A DNA stretch of 64,000 nucleotides from Leucoraja ocellata (taxonomy: Eukaryota). Of this stretch, positions 38,518 through 49,900 are shown piece by piece. The DNA lies in NCBI GenBank assembly GCA_036785375.1, contig JAWMAR010000611.1:124001-188000 (forward strand), in the 5' to 3' direction. A program made the position numbers and the translations under genes. Position 1 is the stretch's first letter, and every line of letters begins with the position of its first letter. The notes below the pieces were generated by a model, which saw only the letters and a program-made list of their open reading frames with translations, made no database searches and was not told the DNA's origin.

Positions 38518-39645
38518 GATAGACACAAAATGCTGGAGTAATTCAGTGGGACAGGCAGAATCTCTTGAGAGAAGGAATGGGTGACGTTTCGGGCTTCTTC
38601 AGACTGATGTCAGGGGAGTGCGCGGTACAGAGATAAAATGTAGTTGGAGCCAGCAAGACTGGTGCAAGAACTGGGAAGGGGAAGGGAATGGCCAGAGAGG
38701 AAAAGCAAGAGCTGCTTGATGTTAGAGAAGTCAATGTTCATACCGCTGGGGTGTAAGCTGTCCAAGCATCATATGTTCCTCCAATTTGCACTGGGCCTCA
38801 CTCTGACAATGGAGGAGGCCCAGGACAGAAAGGTCAGTGTGGGAATGGGAGGGTGAGTTAAAGTGTTGAGCAACCGGGAGATCAAGTAAGTTTAGGCGGA
38901 CTGAGCGGAGGTGTTCTTCAAAATGATCGCCGAACCTACGCTTGGTCTCGCCGATATACAAGAATCCACACCTGGAACAGCGGATACAGTAGATGAGGTT
39001 GAAGGAGGTGAGTGAAACTCTGCCTCACCTGACAAAGCTGTCGGGGTCCTTGGATGGAGTTGATGGGGAGGTATAGGGACAGGTGTTGCAGGGAAAAGTA
39101 CCTGGATGGCAAGGGAGGAGTTGGCCAAGGATTTGCGATGGGAGCTGTCTCTGCGGAAAGCAGAAAGGGGTGGAGATGGCTAGTAGTGGGATCCTGTTGG
39201 AGATGGCGAAAATGTTGGAGGATTATGTGCTATATGCGGCAGCTGATGGGGTGGAAGCCGAAGACAAGGAGGAATCTGTCCTTGTTACGAATGGGGGAAG
39301 GGAGAGCAAGAACGGAGCTGCAGGATGTTGACAAGATCCTAGTGAGAGCCTCATCTATAATGGAAGAGGGGATCCCCATTCCCTGAAGAATGAGGACATC
39401 TCGGATGACCTGGTATGGAACACTTCATCATGGGCGCAGATGCGGCGTAGGAGGAGGAATTGGGAGTAGGCAGAGAGTCTTGACAGGAAACAGGCTGGGA
39501 AGAATCTAGATAGCAATGAGAGTCAGTGGGTTTGTCATAGATGTCAGTCGATAGCCTGTCTCCTGTGATGGTGATGGTCAGATCTGGAAACGGCATGGAG
39601 ATGTCGGGGATGGTCCAAGTGAATTTCAGTGCAGGATGTAAATTT
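38518..39645 (-). mobile_element. Penelope-like element: RT C-terminus, GIY-YIG endonuclease and terminal repeat
   Basis: PFPDLTITITGDRLSTDIYDKPTDSH; YIGETKRRFGDHFEEHLRSV..PVAQHFN. Confidence 0.9.
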
Positions 39646-41179
39646 GGTTGTGACGTTAATGGTCAGTTAGTGCTGCATTGGTGCAGGTGGCACCACCGAT
39701 GCAGGCGTTCATGTAGCACAGGTAGAGTTTTAAAATTTAAATGACGAAGGTGACTTGAGAGCTGGGGGCTGGGGAGTAAAATATGGGCACAAGAATGAGG
39801 AAGAGAGTGTGTGCAGGGTGCTATGATTCTAAATTGGAGAAATCGGTGTTTATACTGTTCCATTGAAAGATATCCAAGCAGATCATCATCGGGTGCTGCT
39901 CTCCACTGTGTGTGAGGCCAAGATTGACAATGGAAGATGCTCAGTGTGGGAATGGGAAACAGAGCTTAACTGACTGTGAACTTTACGGAGAGAGCATAAT
40001 GGTCATCAAAACGGTTGCCTGGTCACTCTTGGTCTCACCAATGTACACGAATGAGCATCTCGGGAAACAAATGCTGCACACGTGATCTGCAGAGGTAGAT
40101 GTGAATCTCAGTCTGAACTGGGACGACTGCCTGAGTGGCTGGTGGAAGTGAAACAGGAGCTGTCGGGTGAGGCGTTACATTCCATGCGGATGTAGGGGAA
40201 ATGCTTGGGAATGGAGCGGTTTCGGTGGGGAGAGATGAGCAGACCAAGCAACTGCGGACAATGTGGTCTCTCTGGAAAACGGAAGGGGCGGAAACGGAAA
40301 GAGACAGAGAAACATAGAGTGATACAGTGTGGAAACAGGCCCTTCGGCCCAACTTGACCACACTGACCAACAATGTCCCAGCTACACTTGTCGCACTTGC
40401 CACAGAAGGTAGTTGAGGCCAGTTCATTGGCTAGATTTAAGAGGGAGTTAGATGTGGCCCTTGTGGCTAAAGGGATCAGGGGATATGGAGAGAAGGCAGG
40501 TATGGGATATTGATTTGGATGATCAGCCTTGATCATATTGAATGGTGGTGCAGGCTCGAAGGGCCGAATGGCCTACTCCTGCACCTATTTTCTATGTTTC
40601 TATGTTTGCCTGCGTTTGGTCCATAACCCTCCAAACCTGTGCTATCCATGTACCTGTCCAACTGTTTCTTAAACGATGGGATAGTCCCAGCCTCATCTAC
40701 CTCCTCTGGCAGCTCGTTCCATACACCCATCACCCTCTGTGTAATCTTTCACAACCATCTTCACTTTCTGCAAAACCACCCACTTTTGTATCATCAGCAA
40801 ACTTGCTAATCTTGCCCTGTATGTTCTCATCCAAATCATTGATGTAGATGACAAACAGTAACGGGCCCAGCACCCAACCCTGAGGCACACCACTAGTCAC
40901 AGACCTCCAGTCCGAGAAGCAACCTTCCACCATCTCCCTCTGTTTCAGTATTTCCTTGACGGTAACCCTGACTGCTGTCATGACACTTCCTGTGACTGGA
41001 CGCGACTGGAGATGAGATCACGTTGAAGATATTGGAAATGTCGGAGAATTATATATTATATGTGCAGGCTGGTGTGGTGAAAAGCGAGGTCCAGAGGAAC
41101 ATTATCCTTGTTCCGTCTGAGGAAGGGCGAGCGAGAGCAGAACTGCGAGACACAGGGAAGATATGGATGGAGGTGTAAT

Positions 41180-42218
41180 CCACCACTTCCAGAAGTGGCG
41201 GTGCTGTTAAACGGCTGCGGCTCGCCTGCAGTCTGTCTGTTTTTACTTTTTTGTGTTGTTTTTTTGTCTAGTTCAGTTACATTTTTGGTTATTAGGTGGT
41301 GTTATGTGTGTGGGGGGTGGGGTGAAACAGGGCTTTCTGTCTCTCCCTTCGGGGGAATGCAACTTTTTTGTCGTATCCCCCTTCTCTTCCCCCGCCTGAG
41401 CTGAGGCCTAATGGCGGAGCTGGCGGCCTCCAACCTGTGACCAACCTCGAGGATCCAGAGGTAGAACCAGCGAGGCTGGCCGTGTTCGAGCTGCGGCGGC
41501 GTTCGGGCAGCGGCACGACTCGGCGCTCCGGTGAGGGCGGACGGCGCGGGGCTGAGACACTCCCGTGCGGGCGGCGCAGCTACCGGCTGGAAGGCGCTCC
41601 TGTGAGGGCGGCCTGGGTCCCGGCTGGAAGGTGCTCCGGTGTGGGCGGCCCGGCTCCCGGCTGGAAGGCGCTCCCGTGGGGGCAGCCCGGCTCCCGGCTG
41701 GAAGGTGCTCCCGTGGGGGCAACCCGGTGCGGGGCTGGAAGGTGCTCCCGTGGGGGCAGCCCGGTGCGGGGTGGAGACGGTGCTCCGCTGGCTAAGGCGG
41801 CGTTCTGGTGGCGGTGACCTGAATCCGGGGCTCAGCCGCGGGTCAGTGGACGACATCGTCGGGAGCTCGCGGGTCACAGGTTGATGACTGTTTTCCGGAG
41901 CTCCCGTGGCAACAGCTGCGTCCGCTGGACTGGAAGGCGGCAGCTTCAACCACCCCCGGGCCGCGGAGCTTGAACCGTGGGACTGACTTACCATCGCCCG
42001 GTGGGGTATCGCCTCAGCGCAGAGGGAGAAGAGGAGGGAAGAGACAGTAACTCTAAGACTTTTGTCTCCATCACAGTGAGGAGGTGCTTGGTGAACTCAC
42101 TGTGGTGCATGTTAATTTGTGTTTATTGTGTGTTGTTATTATTACATGTATGGCTGCAGGCAACAACATTTCGTTCAGGCCGAAAGGTCTGAATGACAAA
42201 TAAAGGATTCAATTCAAT
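41180..42218 (+). mobile_element. GC-rich non-autonomous retroelement with internal 35-37 bp tandem repeats
   Basis: CCGGCTGGAAGG(C/T)GCTCC repeats at 41583-41785; 3' GACAAATAAA-(ATTCA)n. Confidence 0.6.
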
Positions 42219-42664
42219 AAACCACGGCTACTGAAATTAAAGGAAGGTTTCGCATGTCGTTGGGTGAAAAACGTTATCGTAGAAGTAGAAGTAGCTGAGA
42301 CGGAGAAATCGAGAGTAAGGGATGGTGTCCTTACAAGGGGCAGATTGGAAAGATGCAGTCAAAGTAACTGAGAGTCAGCGGGTATTAATGGACGTCTGTG
42401 CGTAGTCTACATTTTGTGATGGAGCCAGGGAGATCCTGAAAGCAGAGTTCAGTCACAGAGATTGTCCTGGTGAATGTCCGTTGTTCTATTTAATTTCTCC
42501 ATGTCAGTAACACTCTCTGTAGACGTAAAGCCAGTCAAGCCTCACTACGTTCTGCCAGATTCTGAAAGTATTTGACATTGTCAAGGTGAATTCGATGATA
42601 ATTTATTCATATTTAAACTCTCTGACACATCATTTTTACCATGTTATGCTGTTTATCATATGCT

Positions 42665-43107
42665 GAGAGAATGGAACAGCTGGGCTTGTAAACTCTGGAG
42701 TTTAGAAGATGAGAGTGGATCTTATTGAAACATATAAGGTTATTCAGGGTTTGGGTACGCTAAATGGAGGAAACATGTTCCCGATGTTGGGGGAGTCCAG
42801 AACCAGGGGCCACAGTTTAAGAATAAGGAGTAAGCCATTTAGAACGGAGATTAGGAAACACTTTTTCACACAGAGAGTGGTGAGTCTGTGGAATTCTCTG
42901 CCTCAGAGGGCAGTGGAGGCAGGTTCTCTGGATACTTTCAAGAGAGAACTAGATAGGGCTCTTAAAGATAGCGCAGTCAGGGGATATGGGGAGAAGGCAG
43001 AAACGTGGTACTGATTGGGGATGATCAGCCATGATCACATTGAATGGCGGTGCTGGCTCTAAGTGCCGAATGGCCTACTCCTGCACCTATTGTCTATTGT
43101 CTATTGT
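42665..43107 (+). mobile_element. CR1 3' end
   Basis: DLIETYK...SRTRGHSL...FFTQRVV.LWNSLP; (TATTGTC)n tail. Confidence 0.85.
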
Positions 43108-44689
43108 TATTGCGCAAGGGACATGCTCCAGGGAAATATTTGTAATTGCGATTTCATGAACAACAGTGTTGTACACTGAAACATATTATAGTAACGGATC
43201 ATGACTAGACACGAACATTAACGATTGGAGCAAGGTGGGCCATTAGGCCCTTAAAACTGGTTCAGCCTTCAACCCAATCATTGCTGATCATCATGTGTCC
43301 GATTCTTCCAAATATTATTACCAGTTGAGGGTAAGAGACATGTGTTGCTGGGCAGATCTTGGAGTTGTTAGTTTGCAGTCAGCAGCTCTGTGCACCGGGC
43401 TGGAATCAGTACATTCATTTCTCTAAATAATCCACAGGTGCTTCCGTTCAGTTAGCTCCTGCTCTTTGTTAGCGGTGGAGTGTTGGACTCCAGCCACATC
43501 ATATGTGGGGGAAAGGTGAAATCAAATGGAAACAGAATAAATATGAAATGACATTCATTTAAAAAAAAATTCAGCTTTAACGGCGAGTTCTGAGGCTAAT
43601 AAAATTAAGTGACACAGATGTGGCAGGGAAAACGTAACATTTTGGATGATCATTCATGGTCAAGTTGAACGTCAATAAGCAATAATGCAATAGCAAGGAG
43701 AGACATTCGTTTGGATGTTGTAAAATCAGTATGGGTAGAACAGTGAAATAGCCAAGGGCAGAAAACATTTGTTGGAGTGGGATACAGACCCCCAACAGCA
43801 AGATGGAGGTTGGGGATAGCATCAAGCAGGAAATTAGTGATGCATGCAGCAAAGATACAGCGGTTATCATGAGTGACTTTAATTTACCGGTAGATTGGGC
43901 CAACCAAATTGGTAACAGTGCTGAGGAGGATTTCCAGGAATGTATACGGGATGGGTTTTTAAACCAATATGTAGAGGAACCGACTAGAGGGCAGTCTGGC
44001 TATTGTGTAACGAGGACAGAATAGTTAGCGATCTTGTTGTGCAAAGCCACTCGGTCAACTGTGACCATAATATGGTGGAATTCCACATTAGAATGGAGAG
44101 TGACACGGTTAATTCAGAGACTAGGCTCCTGAACTTGAATAAAGACTTTGAAGGTATGAGACGGGAACTGGCTAGGAGAGACAGGCACATTTTACTTAAA
44201 GGGTTGACAGTGGAGATGCAATGGCGAAGATTTAAAGACCGCTTAGATAAACTTAGATAAGTCACAGAGTCATAGTGTACTACAGTGTGGAAACGGGCCC
44301 TTCGGCCCAACTTGCCCACATCAACCAACAATGTCCCAACTATACTAGTCCCACTTACCTGCGCTTGGTCAATATCCCTCCAATCCATGTCATATCAATG
44401 TATCTAACTGTCTTTTAAACAATGGGATAGTCCCAACCTCAACTACCTCCTCTGGCAGCTTGTTCCATACACCCACCACCCTTGGTGTGAAAACGTGATC
44501 TCTCGGATTCCTGTTAAATCTTTTCCCTTTCACCTTGAACCTATGTCCTCTGGTCCTCGATTCCTTCACTCTGGGCACAAGTCTCGGGGCATCTTCCCGA
44601 TCTTTTCCTCCCATGATTTTGTACACCTCTTTAAGATCTCCCCTCAACATCCTCCTGCGCTCCATGGCGATTGATACAAATACATCTAT

Positions 44690-45654
44690 AGATGCTCCTG
44701 AACACATCATCAGTGATGTAACCTGGGGTCATTGGGTGTTTCGGGTCTTTCAACATCAGACACCCTCACCCAGGCGACCCAGCCATGGTTGATCAGACCA
44801 CGACTTGTGTTCAGGTGGTATTCGCTCCTCCCTATGGACCTTCTCTCCTGATCCAGCCATCTCGAGGCCTTCTCCGCTGCCTCAGTGGTGTTCTTGATGG
44901 CCCTTCTCCTCGCCACTCCGTTGATGCCCATTGCACTCAAGGCTCTGTAGAGCGATTGCCCTGCAAAACCTCTGCAGCCAACCTGGATGGACATACACCT
45001 TGCCTTCCAGCCCTGCTTGCGGCAGTCTATGACCAGCTCTTCATACTTGCCCATCTTCCTCTCGTGGGCCTCCTCCAGATGGTCCTCCCACGGCACTGTC
45101 AGTTCCAACAAGACAATGTTTTTGGTCGTCACTGAGACCAGGAGGATATCTGGCCTCAGGCAATGTGCCGTGGGAACCTCAGCTGTTTCACCAGGTCTAC
45201 GGAAAGCTGCCAGTCCTGCGCAGTCGCCAGGATTCCTGACGGATTCCTGGCTGCTGTGGTTCTTGGCAGCTGCACTCCGGCCTTCACGAAGGTGATCATC
45301 TGGGTGGTGGGCCATTCTCGTCTACAGCTGCTGATTCCCATGCTGATGGCTTCTGCAAATGGTTTAAGAACCTGGTCATGATGCCATGTGTACCGGCCCT
45401 GCCCAAGAGCCTTTGGGCAACAGCTCAGGATGTGTTCCAACGTCCCCTTGCCTGAGCATTGCGGGCAATCTGGAGATTCCGCTTTGCCCCAGATGAAGAG
45501 GTTCGATGGGCTGGGCAGGACATCATACACTGCCTGGACCAGGAACTTGATGCGCTGTGGTTCAGCCTGCCAGAGCTCAGTCCATGTGACTTTTCGGTCC
45601 ATGGCCTGCTCCCACCTTGTCCAGGCTCCTTGCTGCCTCAATCCAACTGACATC
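44690..45654 (-). mobile_element. HERO/NeSL-type REL non-LTR retrotransposon, 3' part (CCHC finger, PD-(D/E)xK endonuclease, structured 3' UTR)
   Basis: QQGAWTRWE, CPQC...TLEHILSCC, RYTWHHDQVL, LRPDILLVS..KNIVLLELTVPWE..HERK..KY. Confidence 0.88.
44697..44815 (-). ncRNA. Candidate non-circularly permuted hammerhead ribozyme in the HERO-like 3' UTR
   Basis: CUGAUGA, GAAA and GUC core; helices I (UGAUGU/ACAUCA), II (GGGUC/GACCC) and III (GGGUG/CACCC); three auxiliary helices. See findings. Confidence 0.6.
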
Positions 45655-46803
45655 ATTCAGGACCCTGCTGTTATATCCAATGCTTTCAACCAGCACTTCT
45701 CCACTGTATGTAGCTCTACTGTATTTGACTCATCTATTTTACTTCGGAGTCACGTGAGTGACTTCGTGAAGAACCCCGCTTCCACGCATGCGTGACACAC
45801 AGAGGGGAACGGCGTTCCCCAAGCGGGAGATTTGAAAGTCGGGAACAGCAGGTAAGCGACTCTGCGTTCCTTTTTTCTACTTACTTTTAGGTGGCTGCGG
45901 AAAGCCGGCGGGGAGACCCATGGAGGGCGAGCAGCCAGCAGCAGCAACAGCACGAGTTTTCCCTGGGGGAGGGAACAACCTGAGCCCGACTTTGCTCCCG
46001 CACCGGCAAAATTCACCTCTCGGCCGGGCGGGAAGCAAAGTAAAAAAGGTCCCTATGCCAGTCTCAAATGAGACTGGCTTTGGAACAGTCGGTAGCAGCC
46101 AGCACAGAGGCTGCGGGACAGACAGCTCGGACCAGCGGTACCGGGGCTCGAAACGCTCAGCGAGTGCAGCGGCACTTATGGAGTCGGAACGGGACGTTCG
46201 GGCTGAAAACCTTGTTCACAAGGTAAGGGCCAGGGGATCCATAGGAACAGCCGGGGTTACCGGCTGCGGAACTGCCGCGAAGGACCAGGCCCGTGAACAC
46301 CGGGGTCGGTCCAAGCGGCTCGAACCCGACACAGGGAACGACGGTCACCGGCGGGAGAAGGAAAGTCGGGAACAGCAGGTAAGAGACCCTGCGTTTTCCT
46401 TCAACTTACCTTTCTAGGTGCAGACATGGACCAGGTCCATGTAAGGTGCAGAAGGCCGGCGGGAGAACCGCGGAGGAGCGGCAGCAGCAGCAGCGGCAGC
46501 GGCAGCAGCAGTGGCAGCCGGCAGCTGCAGGAGCACTAACAGCTGCAGGAGCACAGGCAGCTGCAGGAGCACAGGCAGCAGCAGTGGCAGCTGGCACTTC
46601 GTGAGGAGCTGGCAACGGCAGGAGCAGCATGGGCACATCGGTTCCCGGAGAGGGAAAAACACCTGTGCCCAACTTCGCTCCAGCATGGTGAGAAAGTTCA
46701 TTTCTCGGCAGCAAAGGACTTTGCAGTTGACTGGCTGCAATCTACTACAAGGGACCAGTATTTGAGTACCAGGGTCGGTCCCAGCGGGGTTTTAGTTACA
46801 ATA

Positions 46804-46898
46804 ATCGCTTCTCGGTTTTTTTGGCTAAGATCAAGTGTAGTATCTGTTCTTATCAGTTTAATATCTGATACACCCCTTATCTAGGGACTATATATATT
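46804..46898 (+). pseudogene. RNU2: U2 snRNA 5' domain (about nt 1-95), no Sm site
   Basis: ATCGCTTCTCGG..TTTTGGCTAAGATCAAGTGTAGTATCTGTTCTTATCAGTTTAATATCTGATAC followed by stem IIb; matches conserved U2. Confidence 0.92.
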
Positions 46899-46910
46899 AT
46901 ATAAAAACTA

Positions 46911-46968
46911 TAGTAGCTGTTATCATCAGTTTTAATGTCTTGTATGTCCCTTATCTAAGGACCATATA
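46911..46968 (+). pseudogene. Second, diverged U2 fragment (about nt 34-92)
   Basis: TAGTAGCTGTTATCATCAGTTTTAATGTCTTGTATGTCCCTTATCTAAGGACCATATA aligns to U2 from the branch-point region through stem IIb. Confidence 0.7.
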
Positions 46969-49900
46969 AGTAGGAGTGCCCAGAATTGAGGGCATTAGAG
47001 TGGGGTTGACCGGCTGCAACAACCATAAGGGACCAGTACCGTCAGTACGGGGGTGGGTCCCAGGGGTCTTAGATAAAGGAGCAGCCAGGAGTGCTGAGAG
47101 CGTTGAAGCCAGGTTAAAGGAATAGATGGAAGCAGCTGTGCCAGTTATCCTCCACACCGGCCATATCCACTTCACGGAAGGAAGGACAAAACTGGAGAAG
47201 GAGGACCATGGAACAGCGGGCAGCCAGCAGCAGCCAGTGGCACTTGGATCAACCGTAGTGGGATCAGCTGTGCCCGATGTCGGCCCCGCACCGGCCAGAT
47301 CCATGTGACCGAGCGGTAGGCTAGACACAAATCAAACAAGGTAGTGGACTCAGAAGGGTCCGACTTTGCATAAAACCGCCGGCAACCAGCGCCCGAGAGG
47401 GCTGGAGCGGGAAGAAGCGGTGTATGGAGCCTTGCTCCAACATGATAAACCCACAGCAGTACCTCTTTGAGGGCTGCACAATGCTTCTACCCCATCAGAG
47501 GGGAGCACTGTGGGTCAGTTCTGGGTTGACTTGCAAGAGGGGTCCGCAGAACAAAAGACAAGTGGGCAGCAGTTAAGCCCCACAGGGGTACCCCGTGTGG
47601 GACCCTAGAGATCTCTAACTCTATAAAAAAGAGTAGGCAGGACCCTGATGGGCCAGAGCCTGGTAATACAGCGTCCCATGATCCTAACACAGCAGGGACT
47701 CTGCTGGACATGGTGGCCGATTACTTTAGCCAAGTCAAACATGGGTAGACTTGGATCCAGGATGGCAATAGTATTACTATATGTCTGGCCACATACGCCA
47801 ACAAGAAAAATTTACAAACACTGGCCAGACATCTGCCACCTGGCAACGGTGAGGCATTACAGGTGCCCAGTGTAATCCAATGCATTTGGCAGCATATGGA
47901 CGAACATCAGGAACCAGGACCTCAAGATCCAGAGAACCTTCAAGGGATTGACGGAAGGCATCATAGCATACACCAGCACCCTGGACTAAACGTAGGTAAC
48001 CAAAGACCATCAAGACGCACTAGATCTGTTTAATAATATGCAATATGACCTGAACTACACGTGGATGGCGGCCATTCAGCCAGCACTAGGACCCCAAAAA
48101 TGCTACCATTTGCAAATAAAGAACCGTGTGTGGACTAAGCTAAGACACTGGGGCTCATCAAGGCCAGCGCAAGGGCCTATTTTGGAGCATGATACCAGCC
48201 ACAGGCAAGGCCATAAAAAATGTGGCTCATACCAGTAGCAGTGTCAGAAATCGATATAACCTGCAGGATCCGTTTTAGGGTATGGCCAGGGCGGCCACCC
48301 TGGAAGATGCGGAAGCCTCAACCTCCCACACAACCCCGAACAAGAAATATCAAACCAGAACCTTATTTTCAAAAAACCAAGGAAATAACAAAACCACCGG
48401 TAACCATGGAGGTAGGTGGGTGGGGTTTCTTCTGTTAAATAGGGACCTACGGGTGTAGGGGAGGTTGCAACACTATAGTTATGTATGGTATATAATCACT
48501 ACAGATTCATATAATCTCAGCAGTATTCAGGGTTATCTGATAGGGTTTTTCTCATCCCATTAACCACAGTACATCATACACCAGAAGGGCATTTTGTCCT
48601 TACATAAACCAAACTATCTAAAACCCACATGGTGCTACAAGAATTGTACACAAAAGATGGGATTGAACATATTTATTAAAAATAAAATAGAGTAGGGTTG
48701 CAGGATTATCATTGATTTTAACCCTAAACACATTTGTTCTAGATATTCATTTTAGGATGGATGCTCTTATTATTCATAAAGACTTGGTGTCAGTTGCGGG
48801 TTTCTATATGGCAGGCATTGACTCAATAGAGGAACTCTGGCAATATAGAGCTTACAAAAGGGGCAATCATTAGCCCCAATATTATGTATTAAAATTCGTA
48901 AACCAGCTTGGCATTGTTATGTAAATAAGCCATAGGGTGAGGTTTTCCCCCGTTCGGACCCATCATTGGGGTACTAGGGAAAATTCAACCACACTCGGCA
49001 TCTGGAATTTTCAGAGTACCCGACTGACCTTCTCAATCATGGTATTTCAGTCTTACAGGGGATGGTGTTAGAACCATGTTCCCTATGAACATTGCCAAAA
49101 AATTATTCATTTATCCAGTGACTGGAGGCAGTCATCCATGCCATAACACTTTGGATTTATTGATTTGTAGAGTCTAACAGACCCACTACACTGTCAGACA
49201 GGACGATGAATCTCATCTCATCTGCACTAAGACTGTCAACACGGGGGCATATACTGCTTGGACAACAATCTCGACCAAAAGGCCAAGAACATTCTGGCCG
49301 TATTGGAATTTTAACAAGCCTCCATTAGGATAATCGATGGAGCTACAGTGCCATCAATAGTGCCACAAGTGCACTCTCCAATTACCTATCACAAGGATCG
49401 GAACGGCACGCGGTGGGAACGCACCCCTGGTAAACTAACCAGGTACTCCGAAATCTGGGACACGGGTGTCGTTTTCTCAACATGCTGAGGAGCTTGTAGC
49501 TCATAACAGTGTTGTCACCTCAGTAACAGACCAGGAAGATGGTTATGCTCATGGTGTTATTTACCGCACAACAAGTCCAGCCATTAAGCAAACTGAGCCT
49601 GGACTCCCTGATCATCTCACCAAGAAACTGGTGTTGTCATACAGGATTTAATAAAAGAAAACAGATCGGGTTCCTCGGGTCTAGGGTTTGATTTTATGGT
49701 ACACCCATATGGCAAACGACTGTGTATAACAAGACACATCTAACAATACATAGCATATACTCAGAACATTTGAGGTCAGAGTATGGAGTTGTTTATCTCT
49801 TACAAGAAACTGCATGATAGGGTCACGACTCAAATTATTTCAAGGTGGCTCAAATAGGTCCTAAAAATGGCAGGAATAGACACTGATGTTTCAACTCTCA

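Noticed and set aside
46406-46765. Ala/Cys/Ser-rich ORFs
   Set aside because: Low-complexity (GCA/GCG)n tract within the DIRS.
46804-46898. Functional U2 snRNA gene
   Set aside because: Lacks the Sm site, 3' domain, 3' box and a recognisable PSE; kept only as a fragment.
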